This document shows positions 27,341-37,806 of a DNA stretch of 43,676 nucleotides, piece by piece. A program made the position numbers and the translations under genes. The notes beneath the pieces are model-generated. The model was not told the origin of the DNA. It ran no database searches and was given only the letters and a program-made list of their open reading frames with translations. Each line of letters begins with the position of its first letter. Positions within the stretch are counted from its first letter, which is position 1. The stretch comes from Paramecium tetraurelia (taxonomy: Eukaryota): NCBI GenBank assembly GCA_000165425.1, contig CT868085.1, positions 558,001 to 601,676 of the forward strand, written 5' to 3'.

Positions 27341-29956
27341 ATGGAACATAGATAGCTATTAGAAACACTGGTGGTTGATTTATTAAACAGTCCAATCAAC
27401 CCATTAGTTTAAGTACGCTTTTCAAATATGTTTAGTATCGAGACTTTCAGATTTAACACATCTGTAAATAAATTGGGGTAAATGAGTATGGAGGTTAAAA
27501 GGATGCAATCTTTTTTAAGCATTTTGCTTCCCATTTTATTTCATATTTAAATGAAAAAAATGAGCTCTCTCCTATCATATCCTAGGCTCAGATCACCAGA
27601 AATAAGTCAAAACCACAAGAACTACAATCAAATCAACAAATAGCATTACCCTAAAAACCTGAGCCAATCAAAAGTCCTGTTTGTTTTAAACCAAAAAGTG
27701 ACATAGTTTAAATCATTGATGATGATATCGTGGACACAAACAAACCAAAAATTGGTTTGGAGGTATTCCTCCCTAAATCCTTAACACCTGTGCCAAATAT
27801 TATTGGGGTTAATTTAGACATAAATAATAATCAATTTAATAAAACAAATGATCACGTTAAACATACATCATCGAAAACAGCCTCAAATAAATAGGAAATC
27901 AAACCTAAAGATCCTAAACTCATTCCAGATCTCATTCTCAAAAAGAAAATCATTAAAAGTCCTCAAAAACATGACCTCCAAAACAAAACATTTACAACGC
28001 TTGAACCTGTTGAAATTAAGGAAACCCAATTAAATAGATCTCTATAATCTAAAACAGAACTCCACAACCATTAAAAAAAGAAAAAGTTGTCCCCCTCATT
28101 GGATATCATAAAAAGAAAAGATAGCAAACCATCAACTTTTAAACCAGATTCTTTATCTGAATCGTTCGAATTAAGAACCTCTGATGATTTATCATTGAGA
28201 GAAGATAGCATTAAAAGGAAGGAGAATATTAAATTGTTTAATAAGCATGAGAAGAAATCTATTAAGGGACCAGAAAGTATCAATAAAAGAGAAAAACTGT
28301 AAAAAATTGAAAAAAAAAAACATTCAGAATCTGATATATTACAGAAAATTGAAAAATAGACTCAATAGATTATACCAATCATAGAGAAGAAGGATTAGAA
28401 GAAAAAGGATAGAAATGATAATAATAATAAATAGAAGCATAATAAAGCAGATTAAGAAAAGTTCTAATAAAAAGAGAAGAATGTAATATTAGAAAGATTA
28501 GAGAAAGAAAGGCAAGATAAAGATAGGTTAGAAAAAGAAAGAGTGGAGAAATTCGAAAAAGAAAGAGCAGAGAGATTAGAAAAAGAAAGATAAGAAAGAA
28601 TTGAATATCTAGAAAAACAAAGGTTGGAGAGAGAAAGATAAGATAAATTAGAAAAGGAAAGATTAGAGAGATTAGAAAGAAGTGATAAACATAGATAAAA
28701 AGAAAGCTAAGAATTGGAATTAATTATTGAAAAACTATTATGTACTAACCAAAATGAAACTTAAAAAGTTAAAAAGAATTCAGAGTAATTAATAATAATG
28801 GAGAGCAATGAAAAAGCAATCAAAAAATCAGAAAAAGAGCAATCTAAATTTGAAAAACCTGTATGTAATTATTGTCAATGCTCAGATACAAAAACTATTG
28901 AAATTTAAGATGGAGTAAGAATATGTACATAATGTTTGCTAGTATCCATTAATCCCTTCTAAAAAATTATTACAAAATTAGCCTTTGCTGAATACAGATG
29001 TTCAGGTAAAGAAAATGCTAAAACATGTTATAGTTTCACTATTGAAAATTCATTTGATTGCAATCTTGAAATCAGATGTGTGTCTCTTAATAAGCAAGGA
29101 TTATATGATCTAACCTTTCCAATGTCTTGCACATTACTAATAAATGGTATTCCCATCAAAGAGGTCAGATCATTACAAGAAAAGTCAAGCTTAAAAAAAA
29201 GAAGGGATTCATCGATTTTTCTTAATGTAAAAGATATCTTAAAACAAAATAACTTTTCTAAGAAGTTTGTATTCTCAATTATTGAACATTTGCCGGATTA
29301 AACTTATCGAAAAGATACAATTGGCGCAATCTATTCTTTCGGTTTGTTTTTAGTCGAACCTCTGAATGTTGTAAAAACAATTGAGAAATTTAAATCACTC
29401 GATATCTAACCAAAAATCAAATCAGATTAAGGAAAAAAAGAGATATTGGTCGCTAAAACGATTATTAGTCTCTATTGTTAATTCACCTTGGAATTAATTC
29501 AAATACCAGCAAAGTATATAATAAGTTTAAAATGTATTAGGGGTGAATTTTGTTAGCATGAATAATGTTTCTGTTTACGTAGTTTCTTGGAAATGATGAT
29601 CAAAGTAGAACATAAAAAATGGATTTGTCCAATTTGCAAAAAAGTGTGTTTCCATTTGATCATTGATAAATATCAGCTATTCATAATAGAACGAATCAAA
29701 CAGTTAGAAATATCTGTTGATTAGATAGTATTAGATCATAATGTATAATTTTAAAATAGCCTAGGGTTAAATGGATAAAGATGAATAGATCAATTTAATA
29801 TTATAAGATTAAACAATTAAAACGTACTAAGACATAATTGATAGAGGATATTTGAATATCAATAAAATCAACAAAAATGAAGATGAAGATGACATGCCTA
29901 TTATAAATAATGATGGTAAGTCTTAAAATGTTGCAATAATATTGATTGATGATTGA
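27341..29956 (+). CDS. SP-RING (MIZ zinc finger) SUMO E3 ligase-like protein (PIAS/Siz-type)
   Basis: SLYCQFTLELIQIPAKGEFCQHEQCFCL..WICPICKK; upstream CxxC pairs; EKERxERL charged repeats at about 28490-28680; SIM-like IVQIIDDD and terminal AIILIDD*. Confidence 0.88.
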
Positions 29957-30016
29957 GAATGTATTTCTTTTGAATATATACCAATATAATTTGCTGATAA
30001 TTTAATGTTTTCTATG

Positions 30017-30852
30017 TCATAATAATACGTCGTTTTCCTTATACTTCTCTTCAATTGTAGACTTCTGATTCTCTTGATTATAATATGATTATTAATTAAC
30101 TTTATTTAACTCCTATTAGTTGATTTTTTAACTATCACTATTATTATTTTTATCATTATTGTTATTATTATTATTTAAGTTGGAATTGTTGGCAAACTGA
30201 TAATAAGGATCGAGTTCGTGCTCTATTCGAATTTTACCTAAATCCTTTTGTTAATCTAGAAATGTAGTAATTTCTGTAAATTTCAATTTAGACTCTCTTA
30301 ATTCATTATACTCAAGAGTATCTACTTTAGAGTCTTTGAAAATAAATTGAATTGTGTAATACTCAACTGATTTGTGACCCTTTTTGGTTATTCTTATATC
30401 TTCCAATTATTCCAAATCCTTAATGATTGTAATTTTACGACAAAATAGAAATGGATTCATTCTCTCTATTAATAAGATTTGATGGGTTTTGTGTATTTCA
30501 TATTTCATTCGATCAACACTTGTTAGAAATACAATTCCTAAACTAGAATGAACATTTAAGAAATAGAATACATTGTCATTCCAATGATGATCAAGAATCT
30601 CCACCACAAAGTTAAATCTCCTTTATCGTACTTGAGTAATATGTAGAGCAATGATATTCCTGAGGATACAAATACCAAACCTAAAAACCAGGCTCCTTTT
30701 GGATATTAACATATGCTATAAATATTCTTCTTTTTCAATTGAGATTGGAATTTTTGTTGATGATCCAACAAGTATTGATGTGGCAACTTGCCCTTCTGAT
30801 CAAACTTCCTTTTAGCATACAAAGCCATAACCCCTGCTTTTCCTAGAAACAT
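30017..30852 (-). CDS. Two-TM membrane protein (268 aa) with Asn-rich tail
   Basis: Helices GAWFLGLVFVSSGISLLYILL and WWRFLIIIGMTILGIVFL are joined in frame after removing one 29-nt intron, giving an 807-nt CDS. Confidence 0.75.
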
Positions 30853-30888
30853 TTTTATAATAAATATGATAAATAATAATAATGGATT

Positions 30889-32689
30889 TCACTTTTGAAG
30901 TTTCCCCATATTCCACTTGCCTTAAATGGATTGCCCATTTTTATACGAGTAAGTACCAAACCCATGAATTTATCCATCTTTGAATGCCCCAATATACTTG
31001 TCCCCATTGCTTAAAGAGAGTGTTCCAAAGCCATCCCTGTTATCCCTCTTAAAGGCTCCTTCATACTTGAGCCAACATGTAATATTGGTTAGATTATTAT
31101 GGTCTAATCCAGAAATCATTGGTATTTAGTCCTAGTTATATTCTATTCCTTATCCATGATATTGATCATCAGCCCAATTGCCATCATAGGTTACTTTGCC
31201 TTAAGAATTGTATAACACTCCCTTTCCACTCATTTTATTATCCTTCCACATTCCATCATAATAGCTCCCATCAGTGTGAATAAACTTCCCTTTTCCGTGT
31301 CTCAAACCATTCCTCTTCATGCCTTAATACCTGGATCCATTGGGATATCTCTCCTTTACAGTTTCAACTACAATAGTTATTCAATAGAGTATACCTAAAT
31401 CTTTTTACTTAGTTGGTTCGTTTCCGATGAGACCCAAAACATCATACTAGTCAAACGTATTTGGTTCTCCTATAAGGTCTTATCCTCCTCCACCAATCAA
31501 TTAAGATACATCCTATTGCTAATACTGCTATTCCATTTGTTAATCTTGATGTTGCTCTAGGATTATTTGGACAGGAGTGATAGATTATTTACATTTTGGA
31601 TTTTTGTCTAATCTTTCATACAATTACTGAGCAGTTGGTCGTTATGATACTTTAACAGTCAACATATCTTTGATGATGTAAAAGAAGAAATCATGACATG
31701 AAATTTTGATGGTTTACAAATGAGAAGATATCTTATCTTCAAATATCACTCCTTAATCATAATCGTAACAGAGAGATGATTGTTTTCCACTGCATAATTG
31801 TAGGAATACCATCCCTAAGGAATAGATGTCTGATTTAAACCAATCAACATTAGGTTCTTTATTGCCTTTATCCAATTCACTCACTAGTTCAGGAGATAGA
31901 TAGGCTATTTTTGAATATTTCTGTTTGTCACTGTATATCTTTTGATAATCGTTCTTGTGATCGAACAAATGAGGGTCAGCTATTTTGTATTTGTCTTGTG
32001 TGATAAAGATGTTTCTCATCCTCAAAGCTTGATGCATAATACCATTTTAATGTAGATAATTCAATCCATTAATACATTAGTAAATTATGGGATAGAATTC
32101 GTCTTGCTGATAAGGGATTTTATTTTCCAATCTATATTGGAATTCAGAGGCAAAATCTGTCAGAATATAATCGAAGATCAGAAATGATTTATAAATTGAT
32201 GTACAGAATCCTTCCTCTTGTCTTGACATGTATTCATTCAATTATACAATGTTATCATTTTATAACAATTTACGTTAGAGGAATTGTTAATTCTGCTCTT
32301 CAAAATCCGTTTGATATAAAAACTCTTAAACTTTCAATATCGCAAGCAATTTAGTTTGCTTATTCTCCAAAAGAATGACATCCCCATACCATTCATCCAA
32401 GTAATGAGTCTTGTGTTCGTAATTTTATAATGTTTATTGAATGTCAGGAGTGGATTTATCGAGTATCAAACAGGGATTGGTATTACATGACAAACACTAT
32501 CCAAATCCTTAGCATGAACATATAGCACAGCAACTTCTAAATTCATCTCTCATTGATGTGCAACACGGTCTCATACAAACATAACATTATTCACAACCTT
32601 CACAACAATACTATGCACAATCAGACAGTCCTTTCCAACCTTGGGTGATATTACAAATTATAATTACAATGTTCACAAGTGTTCCCCAT
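30889..32689 (-). CDS. Cys-rich pseudokinase-MORN protein with N-myristoylation motif
   Basis: MGNTCEHCW.. with 17 Cys in the first 64 aa; GLNYLHQNGIMHQALRMRNI (HRD lost), KIADPH (DFG lost), YLSPE, KSDIYSLG; C-terminal MORN repeats; short introns. Confidence 0.9.
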
Positions 32690-32704
32690 ACTGTTATAAT
32701 TTAA

Positions 32705-32720
32705 ATATATATATATATAT
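32705..32720. repeat. (AT)8 microsatellite in a 56-nt divergent intergenic region
   Basis: Direct reading; lies between ATG32689(-) and ATG32746(+). Confidence 0.8.
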
Positions 32721-32745
32721 AATTTATAAATAAAATTATCATCCT

Positions 32746-34769
32746 ATGCACAGAAAATTATCAAGTTTGTTATCATAGACAACCTGCAAAAAGACTTAGA
32801 TAATGTCTCCAAATTCCAACACCAGCGTAGATATCACCTAACTAACTAATGTATTGTAACACTTTTATCAATAGTTACATATGTAGATATTAAAAATGGT
32901 TGAAAACAACAGCAAGGATACGGATATTATGAAAATTATGGATACCATCAAAATATTATCAAAAGGCCTTGAAAAGGCATCTTAAAGTGAGTTGGAATTG
33001 GGTTATAAAGATCGTTAATTATAGAAGGCTCAATAATTATATAGTGATTTGGAATAGAAATTTTAAGTATTGAAAACTAAATATGATGACTTGGAGGGTT
33101 AAAATAAGAATCTTAAGACCAAAATTGATGAATTGATGCATCAAAATCAATTAAATTATCATTAATATTAATTACAAACTAAGTTAAGTGGTGATTTAAA
33201 TCATAAAGTAACTAATTTAGAATAAAGGTTAGAAATCATATTAGAAAGTGATTTCCCTAATGAATCTGTTAATATTAGAAAAACACTAACTGACTTAGTA
33301 AAAGAATGTGAAAGATAAAAAAGAGAACTATAATTAAAGAATTAAGAAATCTCTCGACTAACTGAACAATATAAATCATCTCAACAACGAATCAGTAAAC
33401 TAAATTAAAAACTCGAATTAATGAAAAAAAAAATCTCAATTAGAGAACTTGAAAATTTGGCTTTGGATAGAGCTGAATGGATTCAATAAGATGACAAATA
33501 AAATGATCCAACTCAGATTTTAATTCGATATTAAGCTTGTGATAATTTAGATTTCAGAATCAATGCTCTTAAATTAGAATTTGCAGATATCATGAATGAT
33601 ATCTAAGAATAAGGAACTACTGTGTTTACTTAAAAGGTGATGTAATCAACTTAGAAATAAATCAAAGAATCCATTCAATTAGTAACTTCATAATATTTGT
33701 CATTTAAAGACTTTTCTGAGAAGCTTAATATGATGCTTAAATAACTGATTTCCCTCTAATTGATTGAATCTCTTTAAGAGTAGATGCAGTTCATTGAATA
33801 TAATTTTAAACATGTCTTTATGTGTTAAAATACAAGGTTGTGGATTTTGGATGCTTAAATGGGAATCCTTTACTCAAGCAATAATTAACGAGTCTTAATT
33901 AATAAGGGATCTTTCAGTGAAGTGTTGCGATTCTAAAAGCCTTTACACAAACGAGATTATAACCTTTTATGTGACAATACCAATCATGTTGCCATGTATA
34001 CAAATCAAAGTCTCCTTTATCCAATCTTCAACCAGAATCAAATATTATCAGGTATCTTAGAAATAAGCAATTCTGTAAGTGATTACTTTTCTTTTGATGA
34101 AGAGTATTATGGTGTAATTTTGGCTAAGTTCTGCGAATAATTGATTAAAACTTAAATAAAAACCAGGTTGTTGTCAGTTACACTAAAGTTCGATTCTATG
34201 GTTTAAAATGCCTTTCATGATTTTCTTGTAAGTAAAACTCAGTTTGAATTGTATAAACATATACGTTATTGGATGGAGACAATTTTAACTGTTTCAATGA
34301 TAGCCTTTTATTTTGTTAAGAATGAGTCATTTATTACTTATAAAACCATTGGAACTAGCTGGGATGGTATGACTCATAAAAATGCAGTTACCTAGGGTAG
34401 AGTTTTAGATCAACCAATTATTTTAAGTAAAAAAGGCATTGCAAAACAAGTTTGTGATCGTAAGAAAGTAATAATACTTATCAAATTTAGGAATTAATAG
34501 TAATGAACATGAGAAAATCAATAGAGTTCGATGAAACCATAGATTTGGATTCGATCTTGCCAGTTCTAATCCATCCAATTATTTATGATAATCAAGTGAT
34601 TGCTGTATTTGAAGTTCCAATTAAACAAAGAAATCTTCTAAAGTAGGAGAAGGATAAAATTATGCTTGGCAGTTCAACCATAGTTGGATTGGATCAAAGT
34701 TTTGAAATGATGGCTGCGAAATTAGGAACTACTATTATGAATGCAATTAATATTTTAAAGCTGTAATGA
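32746..34769 (+). CDS. Coiled-coil protein with two C-terminal GAF-like domains
   Basis: Long heptad region, then RLWILD..SLLYPIFNQNQILSGILEISN..FSFDEE, and KKGIAKQV..FDETIDLDSILPVLIHPIIYDNQVIAVFEV; intron near 34500; TGA 34767-34769. Confidence 0.8.
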
Positions 34770-34933
34770 TGCTTTTACACATCTAATCATTATTAACAAT
34801 CTTTTAATGCTATATTCTAGTGATTGACAACTTAATTCTTACAATTTAATGCTATCTATTTATAGATAATTGTTACAAAGGCTTCTTAGGTAATTTTATA
34901 GAATAATATATACACAAAATAATTTAAATATTT

Positions 34934-35323
34934 TCAACTTTAATCTGTTTGGTTCGTGTCTGGTATAGTCCAAGCTCGAATTTCAAACTTTTATTTCATT
35001 AATTTCTCTTTGTTGGAAACTCTGGTTTTAAGCTTTGCCTTTTCTTTTTGAGGAGATCTAAAATTATTGCTTTTTAAAGGTAAAAGAGAGTATCTCCTTC
35101 TGCTCTCTAACAATCTTGAGCAACAATTATATGTAGATTAATTTCCAATGCAATTTCTCATATTAGATCGAGCCGAAAGAAGGTTAGATCTTATTTCAGC
35201 ACCATAGTTCTTTCTAATTTCAGAAATTTAGAATTTATTTTTCCTAATAGTTTAGTGCATTTGATTCTTTATTGATGCAATCAATATATTAAGTCCATCT
35301 TCGTAACAATTTATGTTCAACAT
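34934..35323 (-). CDS. Hypothetical basic protein (129 aa) ending IRAWT..
   Basis: Intronless ORF from ATG35323 to TGA34934-34936; R/K/S-rich with a single Trp near the C-terminus. Confidence 0.65.
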
Positions 35324-35551
35324 TATGATAATTTATGAAAACTAAATTAATTACATTTAAACATTAAAAATTTAACAATTTATGGAATATTTTTGGGCTT
35401 AATTATTACATATAATGTGGAATTTAACAAATGAAAATTCTGATCTTCTTATTTCCAATTTATATTAATTTAATTATTTTAAATTAGTGAACAACATATA
35501 TTCTCAAATATAATTTTCAATAAATTATAAATTATATTTTGATTTTTCATA

Positions 35552-36154
35552 ATGTATGTCTATGAATTTTAAAGAAAAGCAAGAGAATATCTCCTAGGTT
35601 AAAAATTATCTTTGAAATCGATTACCCAAAAATATAATAAAGACAAACTAGAGTAATAACGATCTTTCAAGCAAATGTCATCTATATTAAATTCTAAAAC
35701 TGAGTCATCTGTCATTATAACAGATTCTTTGATAACTGAGATAAGGTAATAGAAGAAAGAAAAGGCTTTTTTAATCAGAAAATCACCTGATAATTATAAA
35801 AACTATTTAGAGAAAAAGAAATATAACTCAATCTATGCAAGATAAATAACACCTGTAAGATAAATGAGTATAGCTGAATACGTTTATCCTGAACCTATTA
35901 GGCATGTAAGAAACAAATAGGTTACTTAAACATCAGCATTCAAAAATTTTGTTGCATAAAAACACATTAAAACTGAAGATTCAGCCCATTAATAATTAAT
36001 CACAGCAAGAAGCAGGAAACCATTCTAAAGATATGTTAGCGAATCTAGCAAGCAGCCTTAACCTAAAAAAAATCTAAATAACCAAAATTAAGAAATGGAA
36101 CAACTTAGAAAATTAAGTGGATGGAGTATAAATAGCAACGAAAGCAAATTTTGA
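35552..36154 (+). CDS. Hypothetical basic protein (200 aa) ending LSGWS..
   Basis: Intronless ORF ATG35552-TGA36154; K/Q/S-rich with a single Trp near the C-terminus. Confidence 0.75.
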
Positions 36155-37806
36155 TTTATTTTTTCCTAATCATAAAGATATTCTCAAGTCTGATATAAAA
36201 AGGTTATTAATTAATATCGATTTCTACAATATGTATAATAGCATATTCAGAATGTACTCATAATTCTTAATTTTTCATAAATGCACATCTGCTCCCTCAA
36301 TGAAATGAGTCTCAGTTGTTATTATTATGACATAATAAAAAATAGAATATTTCAGTATTAATATTCAAATTCACATTAATTCTCCAATTATGGGTTTCAA
36401 TTCATAATCCTCCACATTTCATATTTTCAAATAAATATGTAAAGAGATAAATTGCTTAATTATAAACCAAAATAATTTCAAAAAATTACAAAATTTATTG
36501 AAATTGTGTATATACTCTCAATCAATGAGAATAAAACTATAATTAAATTTTATAGTGATATTTAATATAGGTTTCTAAGAAGATATTATAATTATTTTAA
36601 TTATGCACATAAAATAAAGAATCAAATCAACATCTACTATTTTAAATTAGATCATAAATTTAAATAAATTATTGAGGAGAGCTGGTTTAAGGCTATTTGT
36701 TGTAATCAAATATAAAATAATTTTTAATTTCCATAATTTAAATGTCAATATTGAAGATATATAGCGGTTTAAAAATTAGAATTATGATTTAGCAATTGCA
36801 ACCTTCTGCCATTTCATTAATAATTTAGTTTAATATTCCTATAGAAAATTGGAAGTAAAGTGAAAAGAAATGATAATTATTGTAGAAAAATATCTTGATA
36901 TTGAATATTAATATATTTAGTTATCATAAATTATTACAATCATAAATATTTTTAGGTTTTATTATCATGATTTAATGTATAGATATGTATTACATTTATT
37001 TTTATTGCAATCATAATTTAATCTATACTTATTTAAACATTATACATTTATTTAGGTTTTATAATAGTCTTTCTTACTTCTTTATTATTATTATTTATAC
37101 ATTTTATGCTGTATAAACATTGCTATGCTAAATATATATAAAAATAACAAAAACCAAAGAGAATATTACTTCTTGTAAATAAGAAAATTAGGCATTTTTT
37201 TTAGATTGTATTTAGATCCATTAATAATGATGATCTTTTTTATATAATCAATCATAACCTTAAGTCTTAATTACTTTGTATAATAATCTTTAATTTAAAC
37301 AGCTTATTGATAGAAATAATATTAATGAGTTACAATTTGTTATTATTTATTTGCAATTTAATAAAAAGTAGCTCCAATCAAAAAAATATAAAGTTGAAAT
37401 TCAATAAAGTTTGATCTTGTTTTTTAATTCATAACTTTCAACCTAATAATTTGATATTTAACTTATAAATGAATTATTTAATTAATATTACTTAAAGGTT
37501 AATTTTAAGATGATACATTTATATGATAGCTACATCTCAAATCATTATTATTCCCATTTCTCGCTCAATTAATTAATTAATCATTAAGATCTATTGATTA
37601 TTAATAAAAAAATTAATGTTGATAAAAATTAACATCATCTCTCAGTTTATATTGGCAATTTTAATCAAATGATTAAGCGATCTATTTTTGCAGTTAAAAA
37701 TAGAATATTTACAGAAGAATCGCTTCAATTTTATTTAATTGGAAGAATACTTATTTTCAAAATATTTTACTTTTATAGTTTATTTAAACAAAACTAAAAT
37801 TCATAA

